NCBI GenBank assembly: GCA_051294905.1
Contig: CM119372.1
Span: forward strand, 36,024,001-36,088,000
Source of the DNA: Botryllus schlosseri
Taxonomy: Eukaryota
DNA: 64,000 nt
Direction of reading: 5' to 3'
In this document: in pieces, positions 26,801-37,776 of the stretch
How the letters are laid out: each line of letters opens with the position of its first letter
How positions within the stretch are numbered: the stretch's first letter is position 1
Notes under the pieces: model-generated
Databases searched by the model: none
Told to the model about the DNA's origin: nothing
Seen by the model: only the letters and a program-made list of their open reading frames with translations
Translations under genes and position numbers: made by a program

Positions 26801-27524
26801 CTTCCGCCGTTTTGCCTCTGCCATGACAGTAATATTTTTGCCTTCTATCATAAATTACAGCTACGCCTAAAACATTTAAGTAACAAGTGTTACATTACGA
26901 CTATTAACTCACCAACCCACAATGCCCTTGTACATAACCACAACCACTACTAACAAAATCGACCTCATCAGAACAGAAAATGCTGCTGCAACTAAAACAT
27001 TGAGCAAGGAACAAGTGTTGCATTACAACTATTGATGCATCAACCCACAATGCGCTTTACAAATTCCCGTCTCTACTAACAGACTCGACCTCCGCAAAAC
27101 AGAAACTACTGCTACAACTGATACATTCGAAGAACCACTGTTACATTACTACTCTTGACTCATCAAACCACAACACGCTTTTACAGTATTACAGCCGTCA
27201 CCAACAGACTCAGCAGCAGCAAAACCTACTCCTTCTGTCAAACACGGTGAAGCACCCAAATCAGAGCTGACAGCCGCCGTCATCATTGAAGCATAACCGA
27301 TTACCCAATCAAGAATCGTGGTTTCGTCATTGCCCGCCTAGTTGCAATTTCGCCGTCGGTGGCCCGCCCACTCTTTGGCAGCTACTTTCAAACGCTTTGT
27401 AAGAAATCTTAACGACGTTCCTGAGAGCTTCTTTCAGGCTTGTTGATGTTTTTAATCAATAATCTATAGAATAAGACATTACAACGCAGCATTTTCGAAA
27501 TTTTTCAAATTTTGGACAACCCTA
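23821..27524 (-). mobile_element. Full-length autonomous hATm-type DNA transposon
   Basis: 144-bp TIRs that look perfect by eye (23821-23964, 27381-27524), starting TAGGGTTGTCC; perfect TSD atacacat; single intact transposase ORF. Confidence 0.93.
24524..26851 (-). CDS. hATm-family DDE transposase (775 aa as called; the true start may be the second Met)
   Basis: Uninterrupted ORF with IHWDGKL, FDTTASNSG, ACRHH (CxxH), RDDY, PGAAHHARWM and VVNDAAERGVK motifs. Confidence 0.92.
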   Translation of the reverse strand: MIEGKNITVMAEAKRRKTVHLPQRRTRSRSEHYLVGYACDYICGSRLPTLREVMSYFLHLKDHCPQSTPTRELCNVVVHDVMTVWQMARIATILKGNAVKLLEKLNKKYIFLKATMKRESDPKGKRKKFTEDLDKLWDIGSTDAIAIIQNDIYLSHDRKLEDIAFYEDQQQSRECIMLGRDKILAKDIEKKTATMADRTVKNIQHDSSDDYVVLASSSSSKEGDSLSSSSDYDADVGLGTSTAIKLMAPKNIMNNTHVSQALDRLQITDNKATMLIGAFITACGGDIAMFSLSRSSTKRARETNRLEISKDISEKFAENKPQHVAIHWDGKLTEDRLGNRYEALSIVLSCHPQYSEGKLLGIQKMQNAAGQTQAETTFNIIESWNIKDAVTALVFDTTASNSGWKKDAAKILEDLLGRKVFYHACRHHVYELVVKDVWKSLFGKATTGPENAWFAHLKRNWSSLDREQQFKTLTIPLCFAERAAMIVDKFKLLLNRKDFFTRDDYKQCVTNALALLGADEDIRHHKPGAAHHARWMGTILYAQKMFMWADQLDYKSEEVELLRRFNLFLVLFYIPAWVDSSIGRDAAGNDLRFVQHMLSYKEYDEQVSTAASRKLLKHDWYIVEETAVYALFSPTESKETRENMAKALLQVERTSSFRRGPPSLNATIQINKDSTLSDLIGPQSWYIFEVFECSGDWLRQPVDDWHFSDSFNKMNCYVSSVKVVNDAAERGVKLSTDYAAILTDNEQQRDSLLQAVEQHRKIFGDSRKSTLIKGQ

Positions 27525-30500
27525 ATACACATCCGTGAGGATATAAATGCATAAAATATATTTGTTAGATTTAAATCATACAAGAGGGTTGGTAAAGGTG
27601 AGCGCCGTGCAATGTAAGGACAGAGCCGTCCAATAAACAGCGATACGTTGCTGTTAAATTAATCTGCTACTACGACAACGCAAGCTGTGATCATTTCATA
27701 TGCGGTCAGTGTATTTGTGATGTAACAATGTAGTATTAGTGAAACGTACAATCAGTGAATGACTGGTTGCTCTCAAAAGTTACAACGGCGTCTCGTGAAT
27801 AATCCGAACATGCACAAAATACAATGATTTAGTCGACACCGTTTACTTGATGACTCGAAATTGACTCGTAAATTTTGCTCCGAGTCACGAGTCAATCCAC
27901 ATTTTGAAGCGCCGAGTCAAGTCAAGTCAAGTCATTCGAAAAAGTTGACTCGAGTCTGACTCGAGTCCAGTCATGACTCGAGTCATCCCAACACTGCACT
28001 GTTTTATCCTCATTCGTCTAGAAACAGTACCCTGTGGTCGCCTTTAGCCACTATCTATTTCGAATATGAAAACGGCCCCTGTCTTCCTTGCCAGTAATAA
28101 GAGACTGCTGAACATTTTGTCATTCCTTGCGCAAGATATTCACGTCAATAAAAGGATCGAGAAGTGCAGCAACGCCACAGCGAGCGTCATTTTAAACTGC
28201 AAATATTCTGACTCGTCCCAACGCAAGTTTTCCGGCCATTGAATTTGCTCGCCTTGCACGAAGAGATATTTAATAGAGCAACATGATTGGAACCGAACAT
28301 GTGAATAAGGCCACAACTGGTAAGCGGTTGCTTAACGTTTGTGGGCATGTGACGCAAAGAAAACGATAGTTAAAACGATAGTCACGAGCATGTGACGTTG
28401 TAGCTGCCAAACTACCCAAATCAAACCACAAAGTTTCCTGTTATCATAATCCAAACCTCAACCCATGCTCTCATGCGGGAGCGTGCTACTGTGTCCCATT
28501 CTCATATGTTGACCGACCTACAAATTACCATTATATCACATCAGTAATTCCGGCACCTGCTGAAACTCGAATTCGAGAGAACATAGAGCTCAGCACGCCC
28601 CACCGAATCTCACAATTGATTCACTGTTTTTCTAAGATCGTGTTAGTAGTGCGATCAATGCATGTCTTTATTGTTCCGAGGACATTATTCGTGAGTAACA
28701 GTCGCATCAAAAAGTTATGCGGCCGAAAAGACAATACATGAATCATCGCGTCCACTGACGACGACAACAACAATATTGTATCGCTTCAAATCAGTTCAAA
28801 GGCACTACTTTCTCGTAACGCGGGGTATGGACCAGAGCCAGATTTTCTCACATAGAGCAGGTGGCGGTACGGACAGGATCAGTACTTTTTCTGATGCGGT
28901 CGGAGTCGGATCGGAGCCGGATCAGTACTTTTTACTACGAATAGCACAGTCTCACTAGTTTCCACCCACGAATTAATAGTTAAAGTGAAAAGTTCATGAA
29001 AATATACCACTTAAAGCTAAGTTGGCATAATTACTTCAGATAAAGGTTGGGCTTGATCTTTGAGTTCTTAATATCCTGTCTGAATTGTTTCAATCAAAAT
29101 TCAATACCATCCTGTGAGGAGATAATTATTATCGGAGTTTTCCGGACCGGATCATGGTCATTTCTAGAATCCGACCTATATAGGTGTAAGACCGGAATCG
29201 GGCAAGAGCTTTAAATATCAGGATCCGAGTAGGACCAGGGAATTTGTTGATCCGCTCTGCACTATTTTATAGTACCATTACGAATACCATATCCGTATGG
29301 AGTGTATGGGTGAAGTGGATTTTGTTTTTGTGAACCACCCACAGTAGGCACGAAAAGGTGATACGTGTTTACAGCACCCAATCCAAACTAAACCGTCCGG
29401 GATATATATCTTTATATAAGGTTTGGTGTACGTGTCTCGTTTTTACCAACTCACACGTCATTCGTCAGAGTTGCTTTGATATTTTAATATTATTATGTTC
29501 GTGTTTTGGATGGTTGCCGCAAATTCAACTCGGCAACTTCGTAATTTAATTCAACAATATTAATTTTATCAACACTACTGCGACAGTTCTAAATTAATAT
29601 GCAGCTTTGTAAAATTACTATCGGCGTCGACAGCATGAAGTACTTTATGATGTTGTGCTTTTGATAATTTAGGAAAGCGTCATCGTCCAGGAAAATATTT
29701 TACACCACGTAATTTATTGGACAAGACACACAGTATAAACTATCGGTAGATGATATAAGTCTAAGGTCATATATAGATACATCTGTATAGCTATAGGGAC
29801 ATACTGTATAGTGGACGTTCGAGCACATCAAAACTATCTAATGTTTTAGGCAATGGTTCTGAACGGAGGTTTTCAAGGAATCCTAAGCCTTCACTGAGCC
29901 ATTTTCCGCGCCTTGCCAGATACACTCGATACATATGATAGCCTAAGTCAGAGGTCTCGAACTCAAACGTGCTCGCGGGCCAATTTCCTACTTGTTGATG
30001 GCGCCGCGGTCCGCAGCAACAATAATAAGGGAAATCAATGTATTTCCGAATAGGCTTTTATGACGGGACCTTGCGGACTGACATTCCACACGCATCTTGA
30101 AAATGTGATTTACTATTGTGAATTCACGCCTGGAATGAAAAAAAATCAAATTTTAAAATATTTGAATAAAATTGTTGCTTTACTTGGCATAGTTTGCTGT
30201 GGCATTGTGACGCAACAATACTGTTTGCAAAAACGGTACTGCATCTCAGGAGAAAGGGCCAGACACTTTGATGCGTCACAATGTTAAAGTCGACGGCAAT
30301 GCAAAATTCGTGGCTGATTTTTGGGGTTCCAGATCCTGGAGCTGATTACAATTTATATTTTTGTAATCAGTGCAGCAGCAGCTTTCCATTGACACCCGAT
30401 TTTATCAAATTTAGCGCTCGTTAAGCCGGACAAAAATGATCGTAAAATTGCCCTTGGACAATTCGAAAGCATGACGTAAACCAAATGCAGTTAGCCGTTC

Positions 30501-31562
30501 AGTCTCGCTGTGTCCACACCATTTAGGACACCAAGCTTTCACCCCTAATGGGTGGCCTGGCCCCCAGATTAGGAAACCTGCCCAGCACACATACTTTTCC
30601 CGCTTGTAACGCGGTCCTGTTAAGACAACACCATGAATGAAATGCACAGTGTTGGGAGGCCGTGTTATTTTTGGCATTTTCAAACTTTTATTTTTTGCAG
30701 TTTTGGCATCTGGCTCCTGAAATGCCAAAAATATCACGGACTGCTAATATCCCTCATTTTCGCTTTCATTTAGATAAAATGAACTGTCGTCTATTGTATT
30801 TTTGGCATATTCTATTTAGAGGTCAATCAGAGCCCCAAAAAGACTACCTTGGAGCCGCATGCGGCTCTGAGAGCTGCGTTTGGCAATCACTGCGCTAAAT
30901 GGTCAAATGAAACTGACCTAAGATGTTATGAAACGTAACCGGTGAGTTACGCCATATAAGACGTTCGTACCACTAGTATAGTTACCTCGTTACGAATGGC
31001 ATAAGCACATTTGGATGATGGAGTGCCACCGCAGCGCCTACATATTATACAAATAGGGACGTGAAGATGAAGGCAAGGGAGCTTCCCAATGCTCTATACT
31101 GCTTTTGAATATGACGATGGATAGGCCTATAGCAGATATTAGAAACAACCAATCCGGATATATGCTAATTTCGACAAGCAGCTTCCAATCTCACTAAATA
31201 TACGTACTGTACTTAGATCAAATGTATGGAGCTGCTGGAAGGTATCTTGTTATTATGTGTCACGTCTCGGTCGTTTGATCCAATCCAATTATTATTCACC
31301 CCCTCACGTTAATCATCACCGTTTTGATCCCGTCTGCTTGCCAGCACGCCATCAGTCTTGGTCAGTTAGATGCATGGAGCGTTCAGTGAGCAGCAGTTCT
31401 TTCAAGACGCTTCCGATCGAGGTTTAATATGCTCACCATCTTTTTGTCCTAGCCTACCTTAGAACGAGGTAGGCTAGGTATTTTTGTAAATCATCGATTT
31501 ATAGACATTGAGAGTTGTTCGCGATAGAAGAGATAGCGTTTCGAACTCTTACGTGGCATGGG

Positions 31563-31724
31563 TGTGTTTCTGCTACGTGCCCCTTGTGACGCATGATATC
31601 TGTCAGCGAGCGTTGTACGGCTCATATTCGTAACCCCAAACCTTGTATTTCTGCTACGTGCCCCTTGCGACGCATGATATCTGTCAACGAGCGTTGTACG
31701 GCTCATATTCGTAACCCCAAACCT
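31563..31724. repeat. Tandem duplication, 2 x 81 bp
   Basis: CTGCTACGTGCCCCTTG... starts at 31570 and 31651; few mismatches. Confidence 0.9.
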
Positions 31725-31729
31725 GGCAT

Positions 31730-32290
31730 TGCCATAGTCGGTGATCCGCGTCGACCAATATTAATGAATGACATTGTTGGACGCATGTTCATGCATTGCG
31801 ATTTCCGAGTGCATGTTGTATGCAGTCTCCGCAGTGTGTGCATTAGAAGACTTGTCACAAATCTCACATGCCTAATTCTTTCAAGTCATAATTTTTGCGT
31901 TCTAGGTGCTCATGGCCTTTCAAGTTTATTGCCCGTTATCAATAGTAACTGTAGTCCGGGAAATATTAGTGTGTCAGTGTCGGCGTGGGCCAACCTGATG
32001 CTGTGTCATGCTATAAGTTTAGACCGTATATGACGAAATCCAGTATGGAATCGGTGTGTGTGGCAAGCCATGCAACCACGCGAACTTTGAGTTTGTCTGC
32101 TATAGCACGCAGCGACCAAATAGTTCGTGCCCGGCCCCGCACAAATTCTTAATTGATTTCGAATTCAATAAGCAGTCGATGCCGCCTATACCTCTTATGG
32201 TAATATTGGCTCCAGTCACCAGTTCCCATTGCTTTGTAGTGTGGTGGGAGTGATTTGTAAGAATTTGACATCGCAACATACAAGCCATTG
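31730..32290 (-). pseudogene. Decayed APE-endonuclease fragment of an RTE-like LINE
   Basis: Broken frames WELVTG...GIGGIDCLLNSKSIKNL, G-L-P-H-T, DNG and a terminal ADHRL (SDHR motif), in the expected order. Confidence 0.5.
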
Positions 32291-32812
32291 CGGTGGTATC
32301 TACGTATAAGCCTCAGTACGATAAAATAAAAGCTGTCACATGATCTAGTCTTCTCTCGTCGGAAAACCCACTCTGTCACGCGATGAAAATTTCAAACGAA
32401 AGCATAAGTGCACGTCATACGAATGCTCTGCACAAAATACCTAGATCTCGAAACGAATTGTTGGGGTTGCAGGTAAAGCCGATGAACGTCTTCAGTTTCT
32501 TTCTCGATAACTACCCTAAACAAGTACAACCGAAATAACATTCAACCTCTTTCAACAAAGTGCAGACTCGTACTCTGCTGGTTGCAACGTATATCCATCC
32601 TTCCATCTTTTAGAGTGCAGATTCTCATCAACGCTTTTCATCATAAAGTTTTTAAGAGGAGTTCTATTGGTCTCAGGACATCGGACGATAGCATTGGTGG
32701 TGAAACGTGAAAGTATCTTGTATCCGTTTTGCCCTTTGTAACACGCTACATCTATATGTCGACGAATCGATAAATCGTAGAGTCTCTATTTCGTTTTATT
32801 GTTTGCCCTTTC

Positions 32813-35800
32813 ATGAATTACAGCATAATTTTTCTCGTTAGTTTAATTACATTGGCACATTCGTTCCGATATTATAAGATGGTGAGTCACGTTCCTATTA
32901 CGCCTTGCCGTGCCTTGTAGTATACGCGATGAACTATGCATAAATTACCAATTTGCTCAGGTTCTATACCGGTCATTATTGTCAGCTTGAGGTATCAGTA
33001 AGGCGTTTGTCACTACTATTCATGCATGTTACAAAGAATGGTAACAGATCTAGTCTTTGATGACTGACCAAACGATGATCGAAACATATCAATGATGCTA
33101 TAATTTTCGCTCCAACCCTACCTCCCGGTATACTAGTGCTGGTCCCGTGCTTACGGACCGATCTCATCCCAACGATCTATTGCATATTAACTTGCCGTGA
33201 ACAAGATATACCCCAGCTTCAATGGCAGCGATTGCAATATTTTGCATATGAACGGATAATGTGAACAAATTAGGATTGGTGCATAGTCGACTTGATGGAA
33301 CGGACCGAATGTTTCCATTAAATTTGAAGAATTGTTTCCAATTAGCGTGGAATTATAGATACTCGCCTTTTCACATAGGGGCTTCCTCGGTGAAAACAAC
33401 ACGTTCTTGCTCATGTAATGACTTGCTATCATATACGTCAGTATCAGTCATCGGTATCAGTCCTCGTAAATTGTTATTATGTTAGGTAATTCCGTAGACG
33501 GTTTCTGAACTGTATTTGGCTGGACGTCTCCTTCAAGTTTTATATACTGTGACACGGCTTCATTGAAGTTCGTTAGTATTCAAATGAATGCATTTTTACA
33601 TAGGCTTGTGGCGGCTCTGATGACAACTGGAAAACAGCTAAAACCATTTGCGATTTCACTGCCGAGGACATAGATGGCAATTCCGTTTCTCTGGATAAGT
33701 ACAGGTGATTTTTCGAAGAGGGTTTGATATAAACACTGCACGTGGGGCTCCGATAACTACCTAAACAGTAAATGTTTTCCTTGGTGACAAGTTGAATAGC
33801 ATCTCGATTTTACCACAGTCGTGATTTGAAATGTTTCAGGACGGAAGGCTTCTTGACCAATTTATTTCATTTCAAGTAAAAGTGACTGCAGCACATTTAT
33901 TATCCCATTCTGCTTTGTTCGATCGAGGGCTTCTTGACCAATTTATTTCATTTTAAGTAAAAGGGACTGGAGCACATTAATTATCCCATTCTGCATTGAT
34001 CGATCAAGGCCATGAAGATGTCCTTGAATCGCGTCATTTTACAAATACGTGTTTTGGAAGAAATTTTGATCATTTTGTCAGCTCGACTAGGTTTTTGTAC
34101 ACCTTAATTTCATTACAGTTAATTAGCCTCTGTCAGGGATACTCAATAGGTGGGCCGCGGTACAAATGTGAACCTTCTTAAGCGTTTGATCAGGCTCTTT
34201 ATCTTCCTCAATATTCACTCGAGATTTTCCAACAGCCCGAAATCGATCATCGTCGATCGGGCTCTCGCGGAGATGCCGACATTTTATTTGAAGAGTCCAA
34301 CGCGCTTGGGAGTGCGACGCGATCTAATATTGGGTCCGGACCTGCGTCCGTGTCAGTTTATTCAATTTTTAGTAAAACCAACTCCAGTATCCTTGATTCA
34401 ACTCACGGATATGCCATCATTTTATTCAGTAATGAGACTCTGGGATTGAGGCACGCCATTATCATAGGACAGATCGGCGCCGTAAAGGATGCAGGATTTC
34501 GGCACAACTGATCCCAGTTTGACCAAAATGGCGGAAGAGCGCTGTCAGATAACATTGTATTACTAGGAAATGCATTATAAAGAGCTATATATTACAGACC
34601 TAAGCAAATTTCCTACCTCCGCATCCTAACCGTTGGGGAACATAATTGATTATCCCTTTCGTATATAACGTTGTCTACTATTCGCCGTGGTATAGAGATA
34701 CACCAGTAACGCAACCATATATAGACTATCATCTCGACATAGATGTCCTTCTCCTTTCAAAATCTGTTTCTTATATTGTCGAATTCAATACAGGGGCCGA
34801 GTCTGTATGATAGTGAACGTCGCGTCCCAATGACTCAAGACGAAATCCAACTACCAACAGATGGAACAGCTTTTTGAAAAGTACTCAACTAAAGGATTCA
34901 GCATTTTGGCTTTCCCGTGTAACCAGTTCGGTGGTCAGGTCGGTATTACCTGCATTTACAGCTTATTTACCAGTTTTTAGAATACCACCTTTGCTCTCTG
35001 TAACTCCACACTTGCAGTTGACGAGGTCCATCTTCTTGCTACAATTGTGCGAGGTTTTCGGACGGTCAGATTATTTGAATTGATGTGAAAAAAGAACTTG
35101 CTTTGAAATTCTTTTAGAGATTAATCTGCGACTAGTATGTGGTTCTTTTACTCGCGGTATCAGTATCCTTCAATCATTAACGGTCATAGGGGTAGTTTTT
35201 CCATGGTACTATGACATTGATAATAGGGTTATAAACCAAAATGATTTCACATCATTTGCCATGGTACTATGACATTGAATAATATGATTTTATAAACCGA
35301 AATAATTTCATATCATTTGTCAAGAGTATGAAACTTGAGTAGGAAAGTATTTAATAGGTGGCTTACTGACCCGGGCGGACAGACTATACGGACTATTCAC
35401 ACGTCCTACTTCGTACCAAGTACTGCAGGTAGTTAGTTTGGCGACGTAAGATGTAATGAATTTATTTTGTCGCACCGATTGTGTGATGGCTATTTTTGAC
35501 CTGAGAATCTTAACGTTACCCGGAGGACCAAAACGTGTCGTATGATGGAATGTCGTCATTTGTCATGAGATTACATATGAATGCCTCCTGATTTCCTTCC
35601 AAACAGTAGGAAGTCATTAAAATATCTTGTGTTTGACAGGAACCAGAAAGTAATGAAATTATTAAGGAATTCGCGCAGAAAACCTACAACGCCAAGTACG
35701 ACCTTTTCTCCAAAATTAAAGTCAACGGCGACAATGCTCTCCCGTTGTTCAAATGGATGAAGAGTCAGAAAAACGGTAAAGGGACTCTGACGAAGTAAGT

Positions 35801-37290
35801 TGCAATTATGCTGTTACGGTCCTTTCGCGTAGGTCACAGAATCGACGTATCTGCACAACGTCGTGAACCGTTGTTTTGTCTGATACGTTAAGGGCACGAC
35901 GTTCAAATGTTGGCAATTTTGGGACCAGTTCAAAATCTTCGGATTATTCATCAATATCATAGTTTTGCAATGATTGCAGCGTGACGCTAGGGCTAGACTG
36001 TCATCAGTGCTTTGCCGTTCTGATTTCGGAATTGTTCATCTGTGAAAATACCCGATTCCGCGCAAGGCCATACTCGAAAATGGAAATGAGCAGAACGTTT
36101 CGAATCTCCATTATTTTGACGTATTTATCGGCTTCACTATATCGATTGCAAAAATGCTGACATGCTCATTAAAGCGTGATTCGCTAACTGGTCCTGGTTG
36201 TTGAAGCGTAAAATAACTGGAAGTGATGGGGTTATTAAACGGGTAGTCGACTCCCAGGTTATTCTGTGCCAACTACCGCAGTAGGAACAGCTCAAGACCA
36301 AGTTTGACCGCAGTTATGTATGCACTTTATGTACTATTTTCGCCAAATACTTCCAAGTCGACCTTCCACGCTTCTCGTTACGTATCAGTATCATGTTATC
36401 AGTATATTTCGCGTTTCAGTTCTATCAAGTGGAACTTCTCCAAATTTTTAATCGATCGTAAAGGAGAAGTTGCATCCCGATATGCGCCTAACGTCGGTCC
36501 AATGGTGAGGGCATTTTTTACTCGGCATTATTAGCCATTTCGATGTAGTCAGTTTTACAATAGTCAAACACTCGCACCACGAAAAGTTTTACAATAGTCA
36601 AACTGTCGCACCACGAGAAGAGTTAATTTGACTAGTAAATATATATGCCTGTATCACATAACGTGAAAATGTAGGAATCAGTTCCAATTGCCGTGTCGAG
36701 TGTTACAGGTTGGAAGCTTACATAGTAATCATTTTATTCGGCATTACAGAAATCTCCGGCGAATATCAATTTGATTGAGATATCGCTTGTCTTGAATTGT
36801 ACATTGTCATAATCCATCGTCCCAAGTGACGGCGCACAATTCGTTCATTGGTCAACATTTCCACAATAACCCAATGAACTAAGCTGTGCTTTACGTCGGA
36901 ATGCAACACATTAGCGACATCAAACTGCGAAACCACAGTTCTTTTAAAACGAAACCGAACAGTCATAATGAAGTTGGTCGTTTCATCGCCGTGGAAGAAC
37001 TTGCATGGGCGCACCACGCACGTGTAATATCATGGAAGCAGCAGTATATATTTATCGTTGAATTGGAAGTATGCGATATTCATTCGTCATCGTTGCATTT
37101 TTCAGTTGAGTTTGTATGAAGGTTCACAAAAATTCGGTCAGCAAAATTTTAGAAAATACTATTCCGCAATCTAAAAGGGCCATTTACCTGATTTAGCTTG
37201 GACCGTTGTAATTGTTTAACGCGTCTGCCTTGTTTTCAGAGCAAAGATATCACGGGGAAGATTGAAAAACTCCTTGAACAGGAGGCGTAA
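32813..37290 (+). CDS. GPX4: Phospholipid-hydroperoxide glutathione peroxidase (GPX4-type selenoprotein), 6 coding exons, 201 aa
   Basis: join(32813..32881,33604..33704,34794..34938,35640..35794,36420..36504,37240..37290) = 606 nt, all introns GT-AG. Motifs [26 protein letters not shown][TGA][26 protein letters not shown] and [11 protein letters not shown]. Exon 1 is the least certain. Confidence 0.93.
34794..34938 (+). CDS. GPX4: GPX exon 3 containing the selenocysteine UGA codon (34831-34833)
   Basis: atacag|G GGC CGA...GGT CAG|gtcggt; [48 protein letters not shown]. Confidence 0.95.
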
Positions 37291-37359
37291 CTCATCCCTT
37301 TTCAGTAACCAAGTTGGAAAACCTGTCACGGCACGAAACGTGCCGGGTCATCGAACGCA

Positions 37360-37429
37360 CCTCGCGAATATATGATAGTCTGCTTTTAAAGCTTCACGTT
37401 GGAGCAGGCTGGACGCGATGTCTCGCAGG
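37360..37429 (+). promoter_or_regulatory. SECIS element in the GPX 3'UTR
   Basis: AUGA (37372-37375); 10-bp helix AGUCUGCUUU/GGAGCAGGCU; unpaired AAA (37388-37390); GA at 37412-37413; lower helix CCU-GCGA/UCGC-AGG. Confidence 0.9.
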
Positions 37430-37575
37430 CGTCGCCGGCAGATCGGTTTCAGAGTACTTTTCCGTCTGGCGGGGTTGTCTGCTTGCATTTTGCGTGGGGT
37501 TCGATTTGGTGTCTCGTAGCGTTTCTTGCGGTCTTCATCTCATGACAATTATGTTCTTTCCGTTTTCTTTCTGCC

Positions 37576-37581
37576 AATAAA
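37576..37581 (+). promoter_or_regulatory. Candidate polyadenylation signal of GPX
   Basis: First AATAAA downstream of the SECIS, followed by GT-rich sequence. Confidence 0.55.
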
Positions 37582-37656
37582 CTCTATTACACTGGACTTT
37601 CCGAGTTGATGGTTATTGTTTTACTAGTGGGATAACGTGTATAGCTGCTGTTAAAA

Positions 37657-37776
37657 CATCTTGCTATATGCAAGAACGGGCGACAAACCAAGTGAAATTA
37701 GGTGATTTTCGCGATGACATCTTGCTATATGCAAGAACGGGGGACAAACCAAGTGAAATTGCGTGATTTTCGCGAT
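37657..37776. repeat. Tandem duplication, 2 x 60 bp
   Basis: CATCTTGCTATATGCAAGAACGGG..ACAAACCAAGTGAAATT..GTGATTTTCGCGAT occurs twice. Confidence 0.85.

Larger units (their letters stand above)
22939..27996. mobile_element. hAT-type MITE with GACTCGAGTC/CAAGT subterminal repeats (hosts two further insertions)
   Basis: Ends CAGTGTTGGGAT / ATCCCAACACTG; perfect TSD cactgttt (22931-22938, 27997-28004). Confidence 0.9.
22577..28169. repeat. ~262-bp tandem duplication whose second copy is split by nested transposons
   Basis: TTAAAGCATCCAAAGTATGAGCCAA...AAAAGGATC.AGAAGTGCAG occurs at 22577-22838, and again as 22839-22938 plus 28005-28169. Confidence 0.8.

Noticed and set aside
24792..26953. Short plus-strand ORFs over the transposase, and similar short ORFs over gag/pol
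   Set aside because: These are antisense or alternate-frame shadows of real coding sequence.
34831..34833. Premature stop codon, suggesting a GPX pseudogene
   Set aside because: It lies at the Sec position, a SECIS is present, and all splice sites and frames are intact.
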